In this document: piece after piece, positions 34,351-44,700 of the stretch
Layout: every line of letters starts with the position of its first letter
Numbering within the stretch: the first letter of the stretch is position 1
NCBI GenBank assembly: GCA_000002445.1
Contig: CP000071.1
Coordinates: 1,216,001-1,280,000, forward strand
DNA: 64,000 nucleotides
From: Trypanosoma brucei
Taxonomy: Eukaryota
Direction: 5' to 3'
The notes under the pieces: model-generated
What the model saw: the letters and a program-made list of their open reading frames with translations, nothing else
What the model was told of the DNA's origin: nothing
Database searches by the model: none
Translations under genes and position numbers: made by a program

Positions 34351-35194
34351 TTAAGTGTGAGCGAGAGATACAACATATGTCCATCCTCGTCGTAACGCGT
34401 AGTAACAGTGGAGGGAACCGTAAATAATCACAGAAGTAGCAGTAGGTGTTGTGGTGGGCAGTTTCTTTTTTTGCTGTTGCGTATTTGAAATATATGCTTT
34501 AAGACCCACTTGACATCCTTCCTTCACCAGCAGATCCCACAGGTGAAAAATGTGCTTCGACCTAAACACGTCGCGCGCTGCAGGTTCATCAGGGAGGTGC
34601 CAGGTGTCTGTGTATGCAGAAGAAACGAAAGAATGAAGACGGCAACGAAATAAAGATAGAGATGAGGAGCCGAACAAAAAAAAAAAAAAGCAGTCGATAC
34701 GACAAGAAAGAAAGGAGAGGCAATAGCCACAACCATCCTCGCTGAATATCTACCACTCCGCAACATATACAATCCTGAATCCTCACACACCGGCATGAAA
34801 TCAGCGCTTGTAAGAGTGCATCTCGGGTTGGAAGAGAACAGGTGACGTTGCCTGCCACGACGCAAATGGAAAAAAATGACACTAAACTGAGTGGGAGAGA
34901 CGGATACAAATACACTTCCACATCGCTGGCACTCGAAGCGTCATACTTGTCAAGAAAAACAAAGAAAGCCATCTACGAAATCAACGAAATAAAAATACTT
35001 CGTTTGGTTTCTCTTCCTCCCTCCTCTCTTTTTCTTTATTTCAGGGATCAAACACACATGGGCTGCGTCACTTGGTCTTTTTGCGGTTTAACATAATCAC
35101 AACTTCCGACCTCCCCTCCCCTTCCTTCAATGTCTCTTCCTGAAACAACAGCACACACTGCTTCTTCCCTACTATCGCAATAGGGCACTTCACA

Positions 35195-35872
35195 TCAAGA
35201 AAGATCATACGCGGCTTCGTCGGCGTCTTCGTCTGGAATGGATTCCCTCTCATACGCCTCATCGGCATCCTCGTCATCAACAAATAGTTCCTTATCCATT
35301 TGCCATAAGTCCCAACCACGAAGTTTGCCCTCGCCGGCTTTCGCCTTCCGCACACGAGCGGCATCCGCCTCGGCTGCCTCCTGTCGCTTGGCCGCTTTCC
35401 AGGCTTGAAAACTTTCCTCCGTAACGGGTGTGAGATCACTGCGCCCCTTCAATGCTTCACGTTCCGCCTCCAGCTGTTCCTCTAATCGGCGCTCATCGTA
35501 TTGCACCTCGTCAAAGTCCTCTGGTCTGAACAGGTATTCATCAGGGGCGCAACCGAGATTTTTGTCGACCTCTTCACCTTCTGCGTTGTTGGCACTTTCC
35601 TCTTGCTTCGATTTGTCCTGTTTATTGACGGTAGAAACGTCCTTGAAGAGGCGAGCCATCTCCATCTCGAAGGCCTTCTTCTCCTCACGGGCCTTTCGTT
35701 TTGCTTCAAGATCCTCATTACGCTTACGGTCATTGGGGTTTCCTTGATTGACACTTTTGGAAATGGATTGAATGTAGGACTGTACCTTCGAGCTTCTGTT
35801 CTTATTCTTCAACCCAAACGTTTTGTCTTCGACAATCTTTTCCCGCTTCTTCTGCTCAGCCTTCTTGCCCAT
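35195..35872 (-). CDS. DRG-family regulatory protein (DFRP1/ZC3H15/TMA46)-like protein lacking the CCCH zinc fingers (225 aa)
   Basis: N-terminus [25 protein letters not shown] matches ZC3H15 (..[23 protein letters not shown]..). The C-terminal block [32 protein letters not shown]...[11 protein letters not shown] matches the DFRP block [30 protein letters not shown]...DDDEEADDTRY. The ORF has no cysteines, so the two C3H1 fingers normally between these blocks are absent. Confidence 0.6.
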   Translation of the reverse strand: [225 protein letters not shown]

Positions 35873-36920
35873 GTTAACTTGCTCTTAATCGTTTTCTTTT
35901 TGTTGCTTTTGGCAGGTGCTCCGGTTGCTGAAGTTTGTAACAAATGTCTCCACGCCGCCCTACCAATTACTATGTTGCACCCTCTATTAACAACAACAAC
36001 GCAGATTCGCAAATCAAAAAGAACAAAAGGAGGAAGCGAATCGAATTAATTAATTCCGGAAGCACTGTGTAACCGCCTGTAGGCCGCCGCTGCGCCCACC
36101 AAACCTCCTGTGCATGTTTGCATTAGGGAGGGTAGAAAGGGACTGGAGAAGTGACGCTTACTTAAAAGAAGGGTAAACCACATTACTAGTCTCCTCTCAA
36201 AAAAGAAAAAGAAAAATTGTGTTTTTCGTTGTACCCCGTCTGCACATGACTAAACTAAGAAGCAGTTCGGAGCTTCACTCTCCTCTGGAAATTCCAATTG
36301 CATTTCCCCATGTGCTCGGGTACCTCCCACCAATCACTGATCTATGATAAATGTGTGAAGATATAGATGCAACCCGACAGACTAATTTCGTCTGCCTTGG
36401 CATGTACCTTCCCCTTTGCTTGGGGCTGCCACTGCTCCCATTGGTAGTTTCAAATCAATGAGCAAGTGGACAGCAAAAATAAACTTTCTCCCCTCCTCCA
36501 CATTCAAATATTTGTATAGGATGTGTAAGAGGAAACGACGGTGCGCAGAAGCGCACCCGCCCGCGGAATACACGGGGCGGGTGAGAATCCCACGACACTT
36601 GAGTGTGATGGTAAGTGCATGGCACTGCTAATAAGATAGAAAAGAGAAAAGTGGGCAAGAAAACCCAGCGAAGGAGGTGTGAATCATTTATTCACTCCTT
36701 TCTTCTTTTCCATTCCCCCTACACTCCTTCTCATATATCTTTTCACCCTTCTATACTGGCGCATATTCAGCATTTTCTATAGATCTGTTGGACCCACCCT
36801 CAGGTAGGGTCGCGAGAGAATGGAAAGGAAGCGTTGAAACAAACATCACTGACCAAAAATAAAAAAAAGAAGGGGAAACAAAACAATAACCACCCGAAAC
36901 AAGATACGATTACTCAACAC

Positions 36921-39900
36921 TTAACGCCGTACTCTCTCGAACCAGCGATCTTCATCTCCTATGATATCCGAACTGTTGGAAATTGCAACACGGCCTACAC
37001 GTCTTACCCCGGAAGTACTTCGGACTCTTGGACGAGTAGTCAATTCGGCCTCCGCCTCTTCATCGTCGTAGCTCACTTCCCTAACAGCCGCGTCTCCTTG
37101 TAGACGCGAGGGCGATGGTTGAGGTGACGATTGGAACGATGGTGATGGGGGGCGTCTAGTGGGTGGAGTCCTTCTTATCGGCCGCCTAACCGCTTCCTCT
37201 TCCTCTTCTTCTATTTCATCCACCTCATGATTCATGACGGGGGGCGCAGGTCTGCGGGTGATGTAACCCCTTCGTGGAACTGGGGCTGGTGGTATCTCAC
37301 TTGAAGGTACGCTCCGGAACGAGTCAGGTACAAACTTTCGATCGGGTTGAGATGAAGGGCGACGAGGAGCTCCTTCAACACCGTCACCACCCCTCTCCAT
37401 AGCTTGAAGTCGATCCCGTTGCTCCCGCCCACGCGTTGGTGGCGGGCCTCCTCTTTTTCCATTTGCACTCGCAAACAGAGGTTGTTGTGGCCTCTTTTTC
37501 GCTTCGTGGAACTCTGCTTGCTCGTTCACCTGCTCCTCCTCGACTTCTTCGTACTTTACCTCTTCCTCATCAACCGCTTCTCCATCCGCCATCTCGACCT
37601 CCTCCTCCTCCTCCTCCTCCTCCTCTTCCACTTCTTCCTCTTTCATGGCGGTACTCCTGGAGGGCGGTGACCTCGACTTTCCACCCCTTCCTGATTTAAC
37701 CACAACCTTTGTTTCTTCACCTTCCATTTCGGTTCCCTGAAGCGTATTGCCCACCGTCTGGGGAATTTGGGAACTACCATGTTTTGTTGACGAATCCCTT
37801 GAAGCAATACCCCGTCGTGCGGGTGCCGCTATCTCCTCCATTTCGTCAAAATCATCATCATCGTCAGCCTCTGGGAGTAACTGTACAAGCGTTGGCGTAA
37901 GCAGTGCCTCGAGGTCGTCACGGTTGGTCAGAATGTCGTGAACCACAGAAACATCAAACTCCTCTATGGCTTCCACAAGACTAGAGACACTCTCGCACTG
38001 AGCTATTGCATTCGCAAGTCCTAGCGGTTCAGCAAGCTGATAAAGACGCTTTTTCTCTGCCACTGAGAAAGGCCCTTCGGTGTCAATACTAACAATGGAT
38101 GTGTTTGCGTTACTCATGGCAGTTGCTCTGTTGGTTCCACTGCCGCCGCTAATGGAAGTGGCCAAAATGTGGTAATGCACGACGTTTACACGGGTTAGAA
38201 TCTGCTGATCAAGCACGTGAAGCACCCCAAGCATCGCCTCAGCAAAACGACAACGAATGTCTTCTTCACGAACAGAACTCTTGAGAGATGTTTCGTATAA
38301 GTGCAGCGTGGTTCCCATCAATGCGACGACACTACACCCCGAGTTGAAGTCAATTGCCGGCCGAATGGGCGTGAAACGACACTTTTTATTCGCGAAGAAT
38401 GCTGTAAACGCCTTAACGGCTTCATCAACCTTTTCCGCCGTCATGTCAGTTACGTTTTTACCACGCCGGGACCGGTACGGACGCCGATCAGATGAGAGAA
38501 GAGGAAAACCAAACGGAGGTACATCACGCACATCAACCGTAACGGGATGCCCACGCGAAATGGTACGCAACAAAACAGCAGCGTGTATTAGTGCCTCTAC
38601 ACCCTTTTCTTTGTAGAATCGGACGGACGCCACGTCGGCTGTGGAGGCCTCACGCGCTTCTGCGTAGCTGTTATACGCAGCCCACACCTGCTTCAATGCG
38701 GCAATCTCCGCCGTATCGTTACGCGATAAACTTGTCGAACTGAAGGCACTATAAAGGGCGAACGGATCCACCTGGGAAATCTCGTCGTCGATTGGTATGA
38801 CGAAGCCTCTCTTCTCGTCCTCCCTAACGTCCGGTAGATGCAGATAGCCATCTGCACTGCTAAACTGGTGAAGCATCAGGGCGGTAAGGCGCGCTAAAGA
38901 CTCTCTCTCTTTCTTGTTGGGCGGTGAAACAGTTGTTGCGGATGCGGTCGCAGCATTTTCGCCACGCTGCTCCTCCTCGACATCGGCATTGTGGTGTCTA
39001 CCTTTTTTCTGCGGACTGTCATCAGTGCCCCTCTTCTTATGTCGGACTCTCATCGCCTTCGGGTCGGAAGCTTCCGCTTTCACATTCTCCGGGGTCGCTA
39101 CCGGATTCAAGTTTCTATTGCCCCGCACGTATGGGGCGGGAGCAAACTCCTGCTCTGTCTCCTCCAAGAGGCGTGCGATCTCAGCATCCTCATCTGTATG
39201 TACAGTCTCAGCAGCCTTCTCATTTTTCTTGCTATTGCTTGCGGCCGCAGCCACTTTATCTTCCTCTCCCTCCCCGAAACCCTCCCCAGCAGCCAACTCT
39301 ACTTGTCTCGCATGCCTCTTTCCTCTGTTCTTCGGTGACTTGTTAAACTTGTTACCAGAGGCATCAGTTTTGTCTTCTCCCTCCTCGGTTGCTGACGCCG
39401 CACTCGCTTCTTGGCTTTTGTTCTCTCTCTTCTCTCCAGCAGCTTCACTAGCTGCAGCTGCCACAGCCCCTGGGAGTGCCGCCTGCATCCCCGTGATAAG
39501 TGGTGCGAGTATTTTCCTGTTGCCCTTATTCGCTACGAACTCTTCAATTACAGCAGCCTGTATTGTTTTTGTTAACCACATAATCACCTGGTCCTTCTGT
39601 GACTCAGCAGGTTGCCGTGCCATCGTGGCATACGCTTCTTCTAAAACGCCCCGGGTATACATCGACACAGGAACTCGCTCCCGGTTCTCATCCCAACGAC
39701 CCACCGTCGTTATACCCGCAAGACGGAGCGCTCGCGCGTCTTTGCACACCTGATAGCGTTCCGAGGCAAGAACGACATCCAACCATTCGCGGCGGCCGCG
39801 TAAGGCCGTAAGTTGTCGCCGTGGGACCATTGCGACAAAATCAAGCATGGACACGTCCTCAACATCAGAGGCGCCGGAATCAATCAACAGCTGTACGACA

Positions 39901-40271
39901 CCCCGCAACGTGTCAGTACGTATACCACTCCCACCGGGTTCTAGTTCAGGAATCAGTACCTGTTCGATTGAACACTGATGCGGCAATGTGTGCGGAATGT
40001 TACCGCCATTAGTTGGGGTCATATTTGAAGACGTGGAGTGGTAACGAAAGCTTCCACTTAGGCCCGTAGCACATAAGCTTCTGCGTCGTAATCCATTCGT
40101 CACAGTGGTGAGGAGTCCAACGCACGCCACATGTTTTGGGGCCAGAGAAACAAGATTACGGCGAAGCATGGCTTTTGTTCGTTCTACTCCCCTCACACTT
40201 TTAAAGGCTCCGGTTCGTTCCACTGTGTGTGATCCGGTTTGGTTTCCAGGACACGTGGAGTTGAAAACCAC
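36921..40271 (-). CDS. Large conserved hypothetical protein, paralog A (1116 aa as ORF; probable start at the internal MLRRNLVSL...), with acidic poly-Glu and Arg/Pro-rich C-terminal regions
   Basis: ORF 36921..40271(-). It shares three modules with the downstream gene 41778..46847: an N-terminal block (LLIDSGASDVEDVSMLDFVAMVPRRQLTALRGRREWLDVVLASERYQ...ARALRLAGITTVGRW), a central block (PPFGFPLLSSDRRPYRSRRGKNV...AFFANKKCRFTPIRPAIDFNSGCSVVALMGTTLHLYE...RFAEAMLGVLHVLD) and a C-terminal block (LEALLTPTLVQLLPEADDDD). The internal MLRRNLVSLAPKHVACVGLL... looks like a mitochondrial presequence. The (CCT)n tract at 37598-37626 encodes poly-Glu. Confidence 0.6.
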   Translation of the reverse strand: MVFNSTCPGNQTGSHTVERTGAFKSVRGVERTKAMLRRNLVSLAPKHVACVGLLTTVTNGLRRRSLCATGLSGSFRYHSTSSNMTPTNGGNIPHTLPHQCSIEQVLIPELEPGGSGIRTDTLRGVVQLLIDSGASDVEDVSMLDFVAMVPRRQLTALRGRREWLDVVLASERYQVCKDARALRLAGITTVGRWDENRERVPVSMYTRGVLEEAYATMARQPAESQKDQVIMWLTKTIQAAVIEEFVANKGNRKILAPLITGMQAALPGAVAAAASEAAGEKRENKSQEASAASATEEGEDKTDASGNKFNKSPKNRGKRHARQVELAAGEGFGEGEEDKVAAAASNSKKNEKAAETVHTDEDAEIARLLEETEQEFAPAPYVRGNRNLNPVATPENVKAEASDPKAMRVRHKKRGTDDSPQKKGRHHNADVEEEQRGENAATASATTVSPPNKKERESLARLTALMLHQFSSADGYLHLPDVREDEKRGFVIPIDDEISQVDPFALYSAFSSTSLSRNDTAEIAALKQVWAAYNSYAEAREASTADVASVRFYKEKGVEALIHAAVLLRTISRGHPVTVDVRDVPPFGFPLLSSDRRPYRSRRGKNVTDMTAEKVDEAVKAFTAFFANKKCRFTPIRPAIDFNSGCSVVALMGTTLHLYETSLKSSVREEDIRCRFAEAMLGVLHVLDQQILTRVNVVHYHILATSISGGSGTNRATAMSNANTSIVSIDTEGPFSVAEKKRLYQLAEPLGLANAIAQCESVSSLVEAIEEFDVSVVHDILTNRDDLEALLTPTLVQLLPEADDDDDFDEMEEIAAPARRGIASRDSSTKHGSSQIPQTVGNTLQGTEMEGEETKVVVKSGRGGKSRSPPSRSTAMKEEEVEEEEEEEEEEVEMADGEAVDEEEVKYEEVEEEQVNEQAEFHEAKKRPQQPLFASANGKRGGPPPTRGREQRDRLQAMERGGDGVEGAPRRPSSQPDRKFVPDSFRSVPSSEIPPAPVPRRGYITRRPAPPVMNHEVDEIEEEEEEAVRRPIRRTPPTRRPPSPSFQSSPQPSPSRLQGDAAVREVSYDDEEAEAELTTRPRVRSTSGVRRVGRVAISNSSDIIGDEDRWFERVRR
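37598..37626. repeat. (CCT)n trinucleotide tract encoding poly-Glu in paralog A
   Basis: cctcctcctcctcctcctcctcctcct, in frame as EEEEEEEEE on the minus strand. Confidence 0.9.
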
Positions 40272-41777
40272 ACCGGGCCTATCCGTCGCACCCTCGTTCC
40301 TCCCTTTTTTTTCTCTTTAAAAGGATGGAAGATGTATTGATAAGAAATGTTTGTCTACTGTATGCGCAAAAAAAAACACATATAGAAGGAGAAAAGCGGA
40401 GAAGGAGAACGATCGTAACGCGGCCCTCATAGTGGGTACAGTGACAATCACAAGAAAAAAGCGCGTGCTCCCAACAAGGTATATACTTTTGTACAAGTAG
40501 TGTATGACAAAAAGGGGGTGGGGATAAAACAGAATCACATATGGGAGTGGAATAGAAGAAAGGATGAATGACCCAAACATAAGACGGAGGAGAGGGGAAC
40601 ACCAAACAAAGAAACAAGCGAATGAGAAAAAAAATACAAAAAGTAAGGAAAGTGGTCGTATGCAACAGGACGGGCGGGCCCTCACCCCAGTCGCCGTTTT
40701 CTCTATCCTTCGCACCCTTTTCGCTTTCCCTCATTGGGTCAAACCATCGCCGTCATGCTTTTTCGTTGATTGAAAATCCATTTAGACACTTATGAACGTA
40801 AATAAATATATTTATATATATCACAACGTCGCGCACATACTTATAGAAGGGGCATGCGCCTTTAAGTGCGGTTACTGGCACCGCATGACCTGGCTTCCTC
40901 TCACTCAGTGGTCACTGCGGTAGCTCTGCAGTTGGATGACACACAGGGGGGGGGGGAAATAGGAGGGAGAACTCTGCGTAAAGATCCAGCACCACCTTGC
41001 GTAGGCCAAACGACACGACATCGGCCTTCCAGGCGTAAACGAACTCATAAAAAGAAAAGATTAATCCACGTTGCGAATATATAAAATGACATGAATACGG
41101 AAAGAGATCTAACAAAGGAAGCCACGTACCTTTCACTTCATTACTCACTTGTCTTTAATTTTAATGCATCTATGAAACTTGCGTGGCGGTTGCGCCGCAC
41201 GGCCACACACAGCAAACTGCCGTCTTGGTCACGAAGCGCACGCAAGCCAGGGGAACAACTGGTATCTGCTTCCAAAGGCAGAAACCGGCGAAGAATACCA
41301 AAGTAATACTTAAAGTAATAACAATAAGTGCATCAGTGATAGGTCCATCAAAAGAAAAACTAGGACGAAACACTGCTTAGACGTATCACCCTTCCTCTAT
41401 CGTTCTATTTACGTATGCGTTCATCATGTTGTAGGTTTGCGGGTCTGCACTTACATACTCCGTGCGTAAGTCTGCACACGACAATGTGAAGTAATGCAAC
41501 GAAGCTGGGCGACCATCAGGAAGTCACGGGATAAGGGAAAGATACAATTCAAGCAATCGGTCGAGAGCCGACACTACCAAATGAAGTAAAGTGAAACCAA
41601 AACTCTGAGCTCAGGTAAGTAAATGCAGCAAAGTATGCAAACATCATACGAGGTAAGGAAGAACACACTGCAGTTTTTACGGTGGTGCGATGCGAAGTCC
41701 AGCACTGTTTTCTTACCACCTTCTACTCTGTTCCACACTGCTATCAGTAAACGTTCCGTGGGAAAACGCCAAGAAGC

Positions 41778-44700
41778 CTAAACCATACGCAGCGCTGATT
41801 TCTTCTGCTTTTTCTTCGCATTCTTATCTGTCTTTGATGCAGCCGCCACGCTTGCACGTGATGTAGTGCGCTTGGCTGGTTTTGCCAATTCCCTTGATTT
41901 GTTCCTTCCACGCGATGAGGCCGCTGTGGTGGAGGATGAGGAAGAGGACCTTTTCGGTGTTACTGACTGTACAGTCCTCTTTAGATTTGCTTGCTGCTGC
42001 TTTGGCTTCTTTTCTGGCACATTTGAACGCTGGAGAGGCTTTCTGCCTCTTTTCCCGGTAACAGCCTTGGTGCTACTACCCTTCCCGTCAGTACCACTAC
42101 CGCTGCCGCTACCACTGACCCTGCCTCTACTTCTACCTCTACCTTTGTTATCCCTAGTTGCCTGTTCTACGTCGCTTTGTTCCTCCACCTCTACCTCTTC
42201 TACTTCCACCACCTCTATCTTTTGGCCACTAACTTTTCCGCGCTTCACCTCTTCCTGCACCTTCTTAAGTTCTGCAGCTGGCTCCCTTGCGGTACTAGTA
42301 GCCCTGTTCCCCATGGCACTATGCGTTACGCTGGAGTTACTTTTCCTATTGAATGGTAAAGGGGCTGTAATCACTGCAGGTCGGGAAGTCGAGGCGCTTG
42401 GGTACGCAGCAATGGGGGCTGTCGCGCTCGACCTATCACTCTCTTGACTGGAAGCCGCCGCCGGAGTAACGATATCATGCAGCCACGCCAGTGCATCTTC
42501 TTGAGAAGCCGTGGCCGCTGGATGCGGTGTATTCTCGACGGCAGGTATGCTGCTACTAATAGGATTTCCCACTGCTACACTTTCCATTGAGGCTGTTGTT
42601 GCTGATGGGTCCTGTGCAGGCGTTGCGGGATACTCCTGCGCACTACTGGAGAAGGCGTCATTCATCATAGCCTCCAACAACTCTGCTGAATCTTGTATAG
42701 GATCACCGCCAACAAAATCATCGCCGGTAGGGGCATCGTGAGGTACGGCAGCACCGCTTTCCACTCGTTCCATCTCTGGTCTCCGTGATCCCTCGTGCTC
42801 ATCATCAAGTATGTCCACCATCAGGGCATTTGGTGGGAGCACTTCCGCCCGGTATGGTGGCAGAACGGTGGCATCTGGAACCAGCTGCATAAGCGTCGAC
42901 GACAGCAACGACTCGAGTTCTGCCTGGGAGGCCACCACATCTTGATGGACATGGACGTGGTAAACGCTTTCTAACTCGTCCAGAATATCATTAAGGGTTC
43001 GGAACTCCTTGTCGATGCCAAGGATCTCCTGCAAAACGCGTAGCCGGTCAATGACACTATCTTCAAACACAGCACTCAAGTCTAAGAAGTAGGGAACAAT
43101 GGGGACAGGTGTCGCGGTGAACATCTCATCTGTTGTCAGCACCGACACCCGACTATTCGCCCCTTCACCACCGTTGCTGACGCCACCCATGCCGCTATTT
43201 GTAGATGATGCTTGATCCACGGAAACAACACTAACATAGTGGACTGTTTGTATCCGATGTTGTGGCAGAATATTCTTCTCAATGCAGTGCAGAACACCAA
43301 GCAGAGCTTCCGCAAACCGATAGCTGATATTGCGAAGCGCTTCCGTCGTGGTGACCAAGTCGTACAATGCCAACGTTGTGCCATCAACAAAAACAACATC
43401 ACACCCACCGTTCAACCCCACTGACGGTCGGAACGGGAAACGCTCTAGTAGTGTATTTGCAAAGAACGCCCTGTACGCCGATCCAGCTTTTCGGACAGTC
43501 TCTGGTGTCGCTTTCATAATGGTCGGTATTGCGCTTCCCCTTTGTTTGGATCTTGTTGGTGAGGCAAGTAACGGGAACCCATAAGGAGGAATCTTAAGGT
43601 TCAGGTCTATCTGCACCCCAGAAACTGCTACGGCGCGTAGAAGCAGCGCCCCATGCAGAAGCACACGCAATGCATCACGTTTGCGCACGCTTGTTGTACC
43701 CATCGGACTCACAACGGCACAGTACTCAGCCCACACTTCGCCCCAAGCCCTTACGATGGGTGTCTCCCGAGGGGATTCCAAGGGATCCTGATGAGAAAAT
43801 ATGGTAAAGAGCGCAAATGGATGGACTTGACAGGCTGTGTGGTTGTAGGGAACGATGAGCCCGTCCCGTTCATCCTGCAGCGTCGTATCGACGTCTCTGG
43901 TTAGGTACCCGGTAGGACTGCTTAACTGCCGCTGTAGAAGTTCTACAAGTCGCATCCGCGCTTCAGGCGGATTCCGCAGAAGGTAATTTCGCTGGGGCAG
44001 GTCCGCAAAAAGTTCGCTCGGGACATAGCTTCGAAGCAGGGGATGTGTGCCACTCCATTGCATCAGCCGTGGTGCACCACCTCGCAAGTCCATAAGCGCG
44101 GCACGCCCGGACCAGAAGACATCCAATGTGTAACCCAACAACCCCGGACAGTTCTTTAGCACCTCGTACATCAGACCAGAGAAACCAAGTCGGAAGCGCT
44201 GGTGGAGGGCGTGCAGCACGGAAACCAGTGGTAATACACGCAGTCGTTGCTGTAATCCGATGCCACTTGCTAAAGGGACAAAATAGCGCCGAACAGGGGC
44301 GTCAGCGTGAACGAGAAGGACCTTGCTCACATGATGTCCCGTAAAAACCATGTTCAGCTGCCCTAGCGCAACCGTCACCTTTGACAAAGCGGTCTCCACC
44401 ATATCTTGTGTAAACTGCTGTTCGTGTTGCGCGTGATGACCAACCCCGGAAGGCGCTGGGGATGGAATGCCTGCAGCCTTTATGTCACTGGCCGCACCCT
44501 TTTCGACGTTTTGAGGTGAATGGTATTGGGGATTCTGTGGCACTCCAACCCCCATCGTTGCTTCACCCGCTGACAATTGGAGTGTACTGTTTGTGTCCAT
44601 GCTATTCATTAGGCCACCAGGATACGTCAGCTGAGGGATGTGGTGCTCCATGCAGTCCAGTACTCGATCGATGTCATCCACAAGAATCGCGTGCAGCGGC

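Noticed and set aside
38914-39753. Plus-strand 279-aa ORF (and other plus-strand ORFs at 1260..1781, 3849..4475, 10103..10654, 33133..34013, 35501..36049, 46258..46740, 51971..52492)
   Set aside because: All lie entirely within longer minus-strand genes. They have Ser/Ala/Leu/Arg-rich shadow-ORF composition typical of the antisense of GC-rich coding sequence, and none is in the direction of the polycistron.
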